The notes under the pieces were generated by a model. That model was not told the DNA's origin and ran no database searches. It was given only the letters and a program-made list of their open reading frames with translations. The translations under genes were made by a program, and so were the position numbers. This document shows positions 19,818 through 29,351 of a stretch of DNA of 64,000 nt, piece after piece. The DNA is from Pseudomonadota bacterium (GTDB lineage: Bacteria > Desulfobacterota > Binatia > Binatales > Binataceae): contig JAJPKP010000087.1 in assembly GCA_021323675.1 (NCBI GenBank), positions 10,654 to 74,653 of the forward strand, given 5' to 3'. Each line of letters begins with the position of its first letter. Position 1 is the first letter of the stretch.

Positions 19818-21209
19818 TCAGTGTTTCGCGTCCGACACCTGCGGATTGATCCACGGGCCATCGGTGCCGATCAGTTGGTTGGCCTCCTCCGGCCCCCAGG
19901 TTCCACGTTCATACGTGTAGAGCGGCGTAACGTTGCCGAGAACCGGCTCGACGATGCGCCATTGCGCATCGATCAGGTCCTGCCGCGCAAACAGGTCGCC
20001 TATCCCGCGCATCGCGTCGCCGAGCAGGCGCTGGTAAGGAGGTTCGTCGGCGCCCGCCTGCCGCTGCAGCATCAACTCGACATCGTTGCCAATCATCCGT
20101 TCGCCCGGCAGTTTTACCCGCACCCCCAGCGCGATCGTGATGTCGGGACTCACGCGCATCCGCATATGCGAGGACGTTCCCGGCACGATTTCGCCAAAGG
20201 TTTCGCGGGGCGGCCGCTTGAATTCGACGATCACTTCGGTCGCGGTGACCGGAAGTTCCTTGCCGGCGCGGATGTAGACCGGCACGTCCGCCCATCGCCA
20301 AGTATCGATGAACAATTTGACGGCCACGAAGGTTTCGGTCGTCGAACCGGCCGCCACCCCCATCACAGACTTGTATCCATTGTATTGCCCGCGCACGACC
20401 GAAGCGGGCGTGAGCGGACGAACGGCCTTCAACAGGCTCGCCTTCTGATCGCGGGTTGCTTCGTGGTCCTCGCCGGTCGGCGGGTCCATCGTGAGATTCG
20501 CCAGCACCTGGAGCATATGGTTCTGAACCACGTCGCGGATCGTGCCGGCTTCATCGTAGAAGCGGCCGCGATCCTGAACGCCGAAATTCTCCGCCATCGT
20601 GATTTGGATGCTGCGGACGTAAGTGCGGTTCCAGATCGGCTCGAACACGGGATTGGCAAAGCGGGTGTACAGGATGTTCTGCACCGGCTCTTTGCCGAGG
20701 TAGTGGTCGATGCGGAAGATGCTTTCCTCGGGGAAATATTGGCGCAGGATGTGATTGAGATCGCGCGCGGATGCGAGATCGTGGCCGAAAGGCTTTTCGA
20801 TCACCACGCGCGCGTTTTCGGCGCATCCCGATTTCGCGAGTCCCTCCGCCGCCACCCCGAACAGGCTCGGCGGAATCGCCAGATAATGCAGCGGACTCTT
20901 CGCCGCGCCCAGCTCCTTGCGTACCGCGGCGAAGGTAGCGGCGTTCGCGTAATCGCCATCGACGTAGCGCAGCAGCTCCGTCATCTTGCGAAACGCTTTC
21001 TCATCGATGCCGCCATGATGTTCGAGGCTGTCTTTCGCGCGCGCCTTGAGTTGATCGAGGCTCCATCCTGATTTCGCGACCCCGATGATGGGAACGTCGA
21101 GGCCTTCGTCGCGGATAAGCCCCTGGATGGACGGAAAAATCTGCTTGTAAGCGAGATCGCCAGTAGCGCCGAAAAAGACCAACGCGTCCGATTGAAAGCT
21201 GGGCATCAA
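19818..21209 (-). CDS. zwf: Glucose-6-phosphate dehydrogenase
   Basis: FGATGDLAYKQ NADP-binding motif and the RIDHYLGKE signature are present. 463 aa. Confidence 0.9.
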   Translation of the reverse strand: MMPSFQSDALVFFGATGDLAYKQIFPSIQGLIRDEGLDVPIIGVAKSGWSLDQLKARAKDSLEHHGGIDEKAFRKMTELLRYVDGDYANAATFAAVRKELGAAKSPLHYLAIPPSLFGVAAEGLAKSGCAENARVVIEKPFGHDLASARDLNHILRQYFPEESIFRIDHYLGKEPVQNILYTRFANPVFEPIWNRTYVRSIQITMAENFGVQDRGRFYDEAGTIRDVVQNHMLQVLANLTMDPPTGEDHEATRDQKASLLKAVRPLTPASVVRGQYNGYKSVMGVAAGSTTETFVAVKLFIDTWRWADVPVYIRAGKELPVTATEVIVEFKRPPRETFGEIVPGTSSHMRMRVSPDITIALGVRVKLPGERMIGNDVELMLQRQAGADEPPYQRLLGDAMRGIGDLFARQDLIDAQWRIVEPVLGNVTPLYTYERGTWGPEEANQLIGTDGPWINPQVSDAKH

Positions 21210-21523
21210 CCCCTCCCCCGCGGCTATTTGCTGGGCGTCCAGGACGACCCTTACCGCCGATAGGTGTATCTCAGCGTATTACCGGAGGGGTCGTAAAGAG
21301 AAGCGGCATAACACCGCTGTAATCATCTCTGAGCAAACCTGCAGAGCGGCAAGCTAAGGATGGCCGCGCATCACGGGTCAGCCCTCCGGCGAACATCCGG
21401 AATTATAACTACACGTGGAATGAATGCGAATGCCGCTTGAATTTAGCGCGTTGACCCCCGCAATACCGGGTGTTAGTCGGGGAGATAGAGCCTGCCGAAC
21501 GTCTTCAGCGCGGGAGGTGAACC

Positions 21524-22831
21524 ATGAACCGCGCGGTTCTTTTCGCAACGGTTCTGATTGTCGCGACGGCCGGCGCCCGCTGGGCATCCGGCGCCGAGCT
21601 CGAACCGGGAACTTTCATAACCAAAACGAATGCTGCCAAGGTCGGCAACCTGGTCAGCCCCGGCAACTACGTGCTGGTTCGCCAGGGCATGGATATGAAA
21701 ATCGTTCCGACCAAAGATTACGACTGGCCGGCGCCATACAAGAGCTCGACTGAACAATACTCGCCGCAGGTTCGCCTTGGCCCCAACGGCGATCTGGAAA
21801 ATTATCGCGCGGGACTGCCTTTTCCGATGATCGATCCGAACGACCCGCATATCGCGCAAAAGATCATGTGGAACTTTCAGCTCGGCCCGTCGTATTCGGA
21901 CGATCTCGACGCGCAGGATGTGGAAATCGCGAACTATGCGCCCGGGCACTCCGGAACGCCGTGGTCCGTGTATCACATCGGGCACCTGGCCGTGTACCGG
22001 AATATCGGCCGCGAAGAAGTCGCGCCGGTCCCGACGGACGAGGATGGCGATACCGGCATCATGCAGCGCATCGCGCTTGGACCGATTATCGTTCCGATCG
22101 AGCCGCCGTTCTGGCAAACGCCCTGGATGTCGTTCGTGTGGTATCGCTACACCGACCCGCTGAGGTCGGATCTGGTCTGGTCCTCGATGAACTACAGTTA
22201 TACCAACTGGCCCGGACCATATATCGGGCCGCCGGATTATCTGACGGGCAACTCATTCTTTGGGAACTTCGATCTGCAATCGCTGTTCGGGTTTGCGGGA
22301 AGATTTCAGGACTTCGATTTCAAATTTCTCGGCGAAAAAGATGTGCTTGCGGTCGTGCACGCAACCTCGCTTCCCGCACGATCCTGCGAGGCGGACGGCG
22401 GCCGCACGATCTGCCCCGAAGACTGGGAAATGCGCCACGTCTACGTGATCGAGGCCGACGCTCGCCGGCCGGGCCGGTTTGCGGATATTCCCCCGATTGC
22501 CAGGCGCATCCTCTATATCGATTCGCAGGGATGGTTCATCACGGCTTCCGATCAGTACGATCACGCAGGAAATCTGTGGAAGACTCTCGCGATCTTCAAT
22601 ACCGTTCGCGATCGCGAGTATCCGAACTCGAAGGCCGCCGTGTATTCATTCGACCGCCTGTTCCCGACCGCGATGGTTGATGAAGACGTGCAGAGCGGAT
22701 ATTCGACGATTCTGTTCACTCCAGCTCCCGATCGGCCTCAGCACGACACCTGGTTCATCAACCAGGGAATCATCTCGCAGCGCTGGATAGTTCCGCAGAG
22801 GTTTTCGACGTTCAGGGAGTACTTTTACTGA
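21524..22831 (+). CDS. DUF1329-like secreted protein (LolA-like outer-membrane lipoprotein-sorting fold family)
   Basis: 435 aa with a signal peptide (AVLFATVLIVATAGARWASG). The AGLPFP..KIMWNF region and size match my memory of DUF1329. RBS GGGAGGTG. Confidence 0.5.
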   Translation: MNRAVLFATVLIVATAGARWASGAELEPGTFITKTNAAKVGNLVSPGNYVLVRQGMDMKIVPTKDYDWPAPYKSSTEQYSPQVRLGPNGDLENYRAGLPFPMIDPNDPHIAQKIMWNFQLGPSYSDDLDAQDVEIANYAPGHSGTPWSVYHIGHLAVYRNIGREEVAPVPTDEDGDTGIMQRIALGPIIVPIEPPFWQTPWMSFVWYRYTDPLRSDLVWSSMNYSYTNWPGPYIGPPDYLTGNSFFGNFDLQSLFGFAGRFQDFDFKFLGEKDVLAVVHATSLPARSCEADGGRTICPEDWEMRHVYVIEADARRPGRFADIPPIARRILYIDSQGWFITASDQYDHAGNLWKTLAIFNTVRDREYPNSKAAVYSFDRLFPTAMVDEDVQSGYSTILFTPAPDRPQHDTWFINQGIISQRWIVPQRFSTFREYFY

Positions 22832-22937
22832 GCGCGAGGCGCGGACTTCGCGATCCGGCCCGATGAACGGCGGGCTTTCTGCCTGGCCCGCACTTCGGCT
22901 ATGAGACATCTGTGGCGATCGCCGGCGGAGGGCGCCC

Positions 22938-24128
22938 ATGGATTTCTCATTCAGCGAAGAGGACGAAGCCTTTCGAAGGGAATTCAGAAGCTGGCTCGAG
23001 AAGAACGTCCCGCGCGACTGGCGCGACGACAGCGAACTGGCGGATCCCGAGACCAAAAGCGAATTCGAACGCCGCCGCGCGTGGCATCGCAGGCTCTACG
23101 ACGCGGGCTGGATGTGCATTCACTGGCCGAAAGAGTATGGCGGCAGAGGCGCGACACTGATCCAGCAGTTCATCTATATGCAGGAACTCGATCGGGCAAA
23201 GGCCCCTCCCACCGTGAACTTTCAGGGAATCGCCCGCGTAGGACCGACGCTGATGCAATGGGGCACGCCGGAGCAGAAGCGGCGCTTCATACCGAAGATT
23301 CCGTCCGCGGAGGAAATCTGGTGCCAGGGTCTTTCCGAACCGAATCACGGTTCCGACCTGGCCGCCGTTGAAACGCGGGCGGTCGATGAAGGCGATCATT
23401 TCGTAGTCAACGGATCGAAGGTCTGGACCTCGAACGCACATCACGCGGATTTCACCACTCTTCTGTGCCGGACGGACCCGAGCGTGCCGAAACACAAGGG
23501 CCTCAGCTACTTGCTCATCGACATGAAGAGCCCCGGCGTGACCGTGCGTCCGCTTGTGCAGATCACGGGCGAGCACGGCTTCAACCAGGTCTTTTTCGAA
23601 GACGTCGCCGTTCCCAAATCGAACCTGGTCGGACAGAAAAACCAGGGCTGGATGGTCGCGATGACGAACATGATGTTCGAGCGGACCATCCACGGCGGAC
23701 GAACCGACATGATGGTGGAAGTGCGCCAACTGGCCGACCTGGCCCGGAAGGTGGAACGCGATGGCAGGCCGGCATCGCAGGATGAGTACGTGCGCCAGAA
23801 AATTTCCTCCTTCGCGTGCGAAGCGGACGCCCTCAAGTACACGAGCCTGCGCCAGCTAACCCGCCAGTTGAAAGGACTGCCGCCCGGACCGGAGGGCTCG
23901 ATCCTCAAGCTCGGCACTACGGACCTCAATCTGCGCATCCAGATGTTCGCGATGGAGCTGCTTGGGCCGTACAGCCAGATTGAGTACAAGGCGGATGGCG
24001 CGATCGATCGCGGCAAGTGGTCGCATCGGATGCTCGCGGCGCGCCGCGGCACCATCGCCGCCGGCACCAACGAGATTCAGCACAACATCATCGGCGAGCG
24101 GGTACTGGGCCTGCCGAAAGGCACCTAA
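22938..24128 (+). CDS. Acyl-CoA dehydrogenase
   Basis: 396 aa with typical ACAD layout. The C-terminal GTNEIQHNIIGERVLGLPK carries the catalytic-Glu region. RBS GGAGGG. Confidence 0.85.
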   Translation: MDFSFSEEDEAFRREFRSWLEKNVPRDWRDDSELADPETKSEFERRRAWHRRLYDAGWMCIHWPKEYGGRGATLIQQFIYMQELDRAKAPPTVNFQGIARVGPTLMQWGTPEQKRRFIPKIPSAEEIWCQGLSEPNHGSDLAAVETRAVDEGDHFVVNGSKVWTSNAHHADFTTLLCRTDPSVPKHKGLSYLLIDMKSPGVTVRPLVQITGEHGFNQVFFEDVAVPKSNLVGQKNQGWMVAMTNMMFERTIHGGRTDMMVEVRQLADLARKVERDGRPASQDEYVRQKISSFACEADALKYTSLRQLTRQLKGLPPGPEGSILKLGTTDLNLRIQMFAMELLGPYSQIEYKADGAIDRGKWSHRMLAARRGTIAAGTNEIQHNIIGERVLGLPKGT

Positions 24129-24178
24129 CCGCGGCTCCGACGCCGCCTGCCGCCAAACATCGGCGAGATCGAACGGCG

Positions 24179-25369
24179 TCACCTTTTTGTAAGCGACAGC
24201 CCCGAACGGGTACTGATGGAATTGGCCTCGACCGTCGCCGGCGCACGCAGGTAGATGCCTCCGAACGTGTTGGATATTGAATTGCTGCGAATGGTTATCG
24301 GGCCGCCGCACGGCTCGAAATGGATCCCGTTCGAGTTGCCGTTGGTGACACCCCCGATGTTGTAAATTGTGTTGCTTTCGACGGTTATGTTCGAACTCTG
24401 CTCCGAGTAGATGCCGTTGCCGTGCGGCGCATCGTGAGCGGTATTGCCGTGATACAGGATTCCTTCCGACATCTTGGTATCGATCCCATTGTGGTTCCAT
24501 TCACTTACGTCGTTGTTCAGAATCCTGATGTTAGTAGCCTGCTGAACGTTGATAGCGTTGTGTCCTCCCGCATAACTGACGCGATTACCTTCAACCGTCG
24601 GCGAAGTCGCATAGTTGATATAAATCGCATTGCAGTACCGGCCCGTGTCGATCAGATTGGTTCCGTTCTGCGTGACGATGTTGTCGCGGATCACGGATCC
24701 TACGTTTCTTGAGGGGTTTTGCGATATCATCGAAATCGCCCAGCAACCCGTCCGTGTGGTTCGTATATGGTCGATTACGATGTAGCTGCGGTTGTCGGCG
24801 GAAACTGCTTTGTCGCGAACCGCCGCCTCGACGATGTGATCCGTAGGATTCGACCCGTCGGCCAGCCTGACGAACAAATGGCTGCCGTCCCAGTACCACG
24901 TGCCGGGAGGCATTGAAGATAACGACCTCGACTCATTCAGGCCCCACCCGACAGCGTTGTCTATGTATACGTTGCCAGGGTTCTCGCTGAGCGGGGCTTT
25001 GTACACCGCGCCGGAGTATTGGACCCAGCCCCGGACAATATCCGCGCCACTGATTGTCGGCGGATCGCCGGAACCATACGCGGTGATCGTGATCGGCGCA
25101 TCCTCGGCGCCACTTCCATCGATCACAAGGGTCTCGCGCCACAGCGAGCCGCGCTCGAGGTAGACGACATCGCCAGGCTCGAGGACGGTCGAGTTGACCT
25201 TCCTCAGTGTCTTCCAGGGCGACGACGGCGATCTGCCGGAGTTCAAGTCACTGCCGGAATTGCCGACGTAAAACGCGCGGCCATACGCGGGTGCTGGAAA
25301 CCCCGCACAAACGCCAAGGAGCACAACCGCGACCAAGCACAATGCCGGGTTCCTCGATACGCGTCTCAT
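24179..25369 (-). CDS. Secreted right-handed parallel beta-helix repeat protein
   Basis: I prefer the ATG at 25369 (MRRVSRNPALCLVAVVLLGVCAGFPAPAYG signal). Repeated N-x-[IV]-x-x-N turns are seen (IRDNIVTQNG, VEGNRVSYAG, ILNNDVSEWN, VESNTIYNIG, IRSNSISNT). It is a clear paralog of the C-terminal part of 29352-31430. Confidence 0.75.
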   Translation of the reverse strand: MRRVSRNPALCLVAVVLLGVCAGFPAPAYGRAFYVGNSGSDLNSGRSPSSPWKTLRKVNSTVLEPGDVVYLERGSLWRETLVIDGSGAEDAPITITAYGSGDPPTISGADIVRGWVQYSGAVYKAPLSENPGNVYIDNAVGWGLNESRSLSSMPPGTWYWDGSHLFVRLADGSNPTDHIVEAAVRDKAVSADNRSYIVIDHIRTTRTGCWAISMISQNPSRNVGSVIRDNIVTQNGTNLIDTGRYCNAIYINYATSPTVEGNRVSYAGGHNAINVQQATNIRILNNDVSEWNHNGIDTKMSEGILYHGNTAHDAPHGNGIYSEQSSNITVESNTIYNIGGVTNGNSNGIHFEPCGGPITIRSNSISNTFGGIYLRAPATVEANSISTRSGLSLTKR

Positions 25370-25827
25370 CGTGGCCCCACACATAAACAGAATCTCTTCG
25401 AAGGGCTCATAAGTTTCTGAATCGAACATGTGAGGGCCTCAACCGCGGAGACAGGTAAGTCTCTCGCATTCGGCGTTCGTCTCACGCGACGCAAGCTTGA
25501 TGCCGCATGCTCCGGTGTCTCGTTTACTGCTGTTCCGCGGCGTCCACGCCGCAAATTGCACGACCTGAGTTCGGCGACGACGCTTTCGCTGAAGATGTGC
25601 TTTGTAAGATTGCGCCGTTTGCAGAGTCAGGATTTTCCGGGGCGGGATTAGCGGCAAAGCCATCGCTCGAATCCCCTGCTCGCGAATCACCGGTTAGGCC
25701 ATTTTTACAAACGAGCCTCAGGCAAACGCGATGAGTACGTTGTGATTCAAGCCGCGAATACGCTTCAGGACTGAACTGAACACTTTCTGAAGCGCCAACG
25801 GCCCGAAGGAAGCGAGGGGCATCCTAC

Positions 25828-27405
25828 TTGCTTCAGAAGCTGCTGGTCCCGCGGATTTCAGTGGCGCAAGCCGCGCGACGGGCTCAAGCAGTGCAATCAG
25901 GACGAGCATTATTCGACGATATCTCCACCGTCGAAGCCCGAAGTCAGATCCCGTCGCCTGTCCTTCCTGGCAGCATCGTCCTGGTAGCCCTCGCCCTTCT
26001 CGTGCTCTCAAATCCTCGAGGGCCGGTTACCCTCCTGCTTGCCGGATGCGTGGCGCTTGCGGCGCTGGTTGCCGCCGTCCTCTATACGCAGCGGCATCGA
26101 AGCTCGGTTATCACCATGATCCTGCTGGTCGAGATGCTGAGTTCGAGCTTCCTTTTCCCGCAGGGCGTGAATACTACTGCACGTTACGGCCTGGATTTTC
26201 TGTTCTGCGCCCCGCTTCTTCCGCTACTGCTGCGGCGTGGGATTCTCCGGAAGGGCGGGTTTCGCCTTCTTACGATCTATTTCGCGTGGTGCCTCTTCAC
26301 CGTGGCTTATTCTCTGGTTCCCGCCTATTCACTGGGAAGGGCATTGAGCTCGATGCTCCTGATCGCGAGCCTCGCGGTTCTCGCCTTCGATGTAACCGAT
26401 CAGGACGGTGTTGCCGATCTGCTGCGCAACTATCTGGTCGGCTGCGGCATCATCGTCGCCCTGGTCGCGTTCGCCGCACTTTTTCTGCCGCACAACATAA
26501 CATTCAGCTCAATCGAGATGCTCGATGCGAATGGGCGGCCGATTCCGGGCACTATCGACTATGCCTCGGGCGGCATATCAAGATTCGTCGGTATCTTCAC
26601 GCAGCCGAACGAGCTTGGTGCACTGGTGATCGTTACGATCGGCGCGGCGCTTGCCTACTGGAAGTTCGCATCGAAACGCGGCCGGCTGCTGCTGGCAGCG
26701 CTGATAGCAACGGCTGCCGCATTTGGAATCGCCGCCGATTCGCGATCGTCGATGGCGGCGTCGATGCTCGGAGTGCTTGCGTTTCTCGTCTGGAAATACA
26801 GATGGCGCGGGCTCCTGGCATGCGCGGCGGTGGCCGCGGCGCTGGTCCTGGCGATGGCCTTCACGGTTGGAGATCTCGACTCATACGTTTCCCGCGGCAA
26901 TGTCGCGTCGCTTACTGGAAGAACGGACGTGTGGAACTATGCAATGAATCAGGTGAAAGCGTCTCCGCTGCTTGGTTACGGTTACGAAGTCGAAGGACAG
27001 ATCTACCAGCTCAAATACTTTCCGCTGTGGTGGGGTCCCTGGGATGAAGGGCCGCGCAGCTCACTCCACAACGACTACCTGTCACACCTCGTGGGAGTCG
27101 GCGTGCCTGCCACCCTGTTCTGGCTTTTCATCATATTGCGCCCGTGGGCGAACCTGTTTCGACAAAAAGATGACCCGTGGGCGCTCAAGCCGATTTTTTT
27201 GCTAATCGTCCTGCCGCTTCTCATCCTCAACTGTGCGGAGAGCGGAGCGGGAGACTGCCACTACTCGACCGGCCTGCTGTTCATGCTGTGTTGGGCTCTT
27301 GCGGAGCGCGCTCGACTGCTCAGGAGTGAAAAGACAGCGCAAGACAACACATCGGCCAACACCGCGCCGACGCTGATCTCGGCAATCGCCGCGCTCGACC
27401 GTTGA
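25828..27405 (+). CDS. O-antigen ligase / polymerase-like (Wzy_C family) membrane protein
   Basis: 525 aa with many hydrophobic helices. It has a periplasmic-loop region with SRSSMAAS and a later HNDYLSHLVGVGVPA motif typical of O-antigen-ligase-like proteins. The TTG start is uncertain. Confidence 0.7.
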   Translation: MLQKLLVPRISVAQAARRAQAVQSGRALFDDISTVEARSQIPSPVLPGSIVLVALALLVLSNPRGPVTLLLAGCVALAALVAAVLYTQRHRSSVITMILLVEMLSSSFLFPQGVNTTARYGLDFLFCAPLLPLLLRRGILRKGGFRLLTIYFAWCLFTVAYSLVPAYSLGRALSSMLLIASLAVLAFDVTDQDGVADLLRNYLVGCGIIVALVAFAALFLPHNITFSSIEMLDANGRPIPGTIDYASGGISRFVGIFTQPNELGALVIVTIGAALAYWKFASKRGRLLLAALIATAAAFGIAADSRSSMAASMLGVLAFLVWKYRWRGLLACAAVAAALVLAMAFTVGDLDSYVSRGNVASLTGRTDVWNYAMNQVKASPLLGYGYEVEGQIYQLKYFPLWWGPWDEGPRSSLHNDYLSHLVGVGVPATLFWLFIILRPWANLFRQKDDPWALKPIFLLIVLPLLILNCAESGAGDCHYSTGLLFMLCWALAERARLLRSEKTAQDNTSANTAPTLISAIAALDR

Positions 27406-27574
27406 TGATCGCAGTTTGGCGAACCGCCCGTTACCATCACACGTTTTCCGATGAGCCTTTCGTTGCGGAAAGAATTACAAGCCGGCCGTTTCCAACGTCG
27501 CAGAACCCGCAAGTCTAAGCATCGTTTGTGGCGTCTAGCGCCGACCAGGCTGCCTCGCCTGGCAAGCACGCAAT

Positions 27575-28435
27575 TTGCACGCACCGGTTGCCGTGCTGAA
27601 AGAAGCGCTGGTAAGGCTCGGAGGATGGCGAGCGCCGATCTTCTTCGGAGGTGCAGGCGACTTCGACCGATGGCGATGGCTCGCGGCACACGCCGAAGCG
27701 GGGCCGATTCGCACCCTGGATGCCGGTTCGGGCCTCGGCGCGTTCTCGTTTCACGCAGCAAGGCACGGCAACGATGTCGTGGCTATCTCTTTCATCCCGG
27801 AGAACAACCAGAAAGCCCGGAGACGCGCGCAAATCCTGAGGTTCGATCGGATAACCTTTCTCGACGGCGACCTTCGCGACCTCGACCGGATGTCGGGCGG
27901 TCTGGGGATGTTCGATCAGATCTTCTGCGTCGAAGTAATCGAGCATCTCAAGGACGACGGAAAATTGCTGCGCGATCTTTCCGCGATGCTCAAGCCCGGG
28001 GGCAAGCTCCTTCTGTCCACTCCCTACGAGTTCCATCGCCGGCTGGTCGATGAACGCATCTCGGAGGTCGAAGATGGCGGGCACGTGCGTTTCGGCTACA
28101 CCATCGAAAAGCTCCGAGAAATGCTCAATTCCAACGACCTGGATATCATCCGGGAACAATTCATCACTGGCGCGGTCACGCAGCAGATCGACAACCTGAT
28201 GCGGCTCATCCGCAGATGGACGCCGAACGATCGCACTCTTTCATGGATAGCCACTTTCCCTCTGCGACTGTTCCAGATCTTCGACCGTCCTGTCACGGCG
28301 CTCACCGGATGGCCTCATCTCTCGATAGCCCTCGTCGCCGTGAAGCGAAACCCAGCGGGGCTTCGCCTTCCTGAGTACACGGACACGAGTTTCGCGGAGA
28401 GCCGAGATTCAACGGGAGCGGGCGGAGCCCGTTAA
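27575..28435 (+). CDS. Class I SAM-dependent methyltransferase
   Basis: Motif I is LDAGSGLGAFS. Post-I and motif II regions are seen (DVVAISF, FDQIFCVEVIEHL), as is KPGGKLLLSTP. The start (TTG 27575 or GTG 27593) is uncertain. Confidence 0.8.
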   Translation: MHAPVAVLKEALVRLGGWRAPIFFGGAGDFDRWRWLAAHAEAGPIRTLDAGSGLGAFSFHAARHGNDVVAISFIPENNQKARRRAQILRFDRITFLDGDLRDLDRMSGGLGMFDQIFCVEVIEHLKDDGKLLRDLSAMLKPGGKLLLSTPYEFHRRLVDERISEVEDGGHVRFGYTIEKLREMLNSNDLDIIREQFITGAVTQQIDNLMRLIRRWTPNDRTLSWIATFPLRLFQIFDRPVTALTGWPHLSIALVAVKRNPAGLRLPEYTDTSFAESRDSTGAGGAR

Positions 28436-28439
28436 ACGA

Positions 28440-29306
28440 ATGGCCAGGACGTCGAAATACCTTGCGATAACTCCGGCGCGCGACGAAGAGAAATTTCTGC
28501 CGGACATGATCGACTCGATGGTCTCGCAGACAATCCTGCCGGTCCGATGGATTATCATCGATGACGGTTCGGCCGACCGGACTCCCGATATCATCGATGA
28601 AGCCGCCGCCAGGTTTTCGTGGATCGTTCCCAGGCATCTGGCACGCACGCGGAGTCGCGAGCCTGGCGGCGAATCGGTAATCATGCGTTTCTTGCCGAGA
28701 GAAGAATGGCAGGACGTCGATTACATAGTTCGTTTCGACGCTGACTTGTTCTTCGTTCGAGACTATATCGAACGGCTCCTGAACGAGTTCGACCGCGATC
28801 CTTCCCTGGGCATCGTGAGCGGCTGCCTGATCGAGCCTTCGCACGGCGAATGGCGTCTGAATGCGATTCCGTCATTCCATACTCGCGGTCCGAGCAAAAT
28901 CTATTCGCGGGCCTGTTTTGAGGCGATTGGAGGACTCGAGCCGGGCGAAGGCTGGGATACGATCGACGAAGTAAAGGCGATGATGCGAGGTTTTCGGACG
29001 CGCAATTTCCGCAATATCACCGCCTTTCATCGAAGGACCACCGGCAGCGCCCGAGGATTGTGGCGCACCCGTTTCGGGCAGGGGCGCATCGCCCACTTTG
29101 TTGGCTATTCGCAGCTCTTTACGCTGGCGCGCGCCGCCGGCCTGCTCTTCTCCGAGCCTTTCATAGGCGGGTCGGTGATGCTCCTTCTGGGGTTCTATTC
29201 AGGCTACGTTTGGCGCCGGCCGAGATTTCCAGATCCTCAAGTAATGAAGTTCATCCGCAGACAGCAGTTTCGACGGCTGACCTTCAGAGAATCGGTCTGG
29301 CAGTAG
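28440..29306 (+). CDS. Family 2 glycosyltransferase
   Basis: The N-terminal GT-A region is LAITPARDEEKFLPDMIDSMVSQT..WIIIDDGSADRT. A D-x-D-like FDADL and C-terminal hydrophobic helices are present. It starts 5 nt after the methyltransferase stop. Confidence 0.8.
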   Translation: MARTSKYLAITPARDEEKFLPDMIDSMVSQTILPVRWIIIDDGSADRTPDIIDEAAARFSWIVPRHLARTRSREPGGESVIMRFLPREEWQDVDYIVRFDADLFFVRDYIERLLNEFDRDPSLGIVSGCLIEPSHGEWRLNAIPSFHTRGPSKIYSRACFEAIGGLEPGEGWDTIDEVKAMMRGFRTRNFRNITAFHRRTTGSARGLWRTRFGQGRIAHFVGYSQLFTLARAAGLLFSEPFIGGSVMLLLGFYSGYVWRRPRFPDPQVMKFIRRQQFRRLTFRESVWQ

Positions 29307-29351
29307 CTCGCTGCGAACATCGACGGAGACCGGCGAGGTTATTTTGAGACA

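Noticed and set aside
16681-21071. 409-aa and 431-aa plus-strand ORFs (16681-17910 and 19776-21071) opposite pgi and zwf.
   Set aside because: These are antisense shadows of strongly conserved housekeeping genes. They have no motifs and a skewed Arg/His/Asp composition.
25640-25690. A tcgaatcccc string resembling a tRNA T-arm in the spacer upstream of the O-antigen-ligase-like gene. It could be a tRNA fragment or an att-site remnant.
   Set aside because: I could not fold a T-stem or acceptor stem around it, and it does not match the 3-prime end of the tRNA-Arg at 32478-32554. It is most likely chance similarity.
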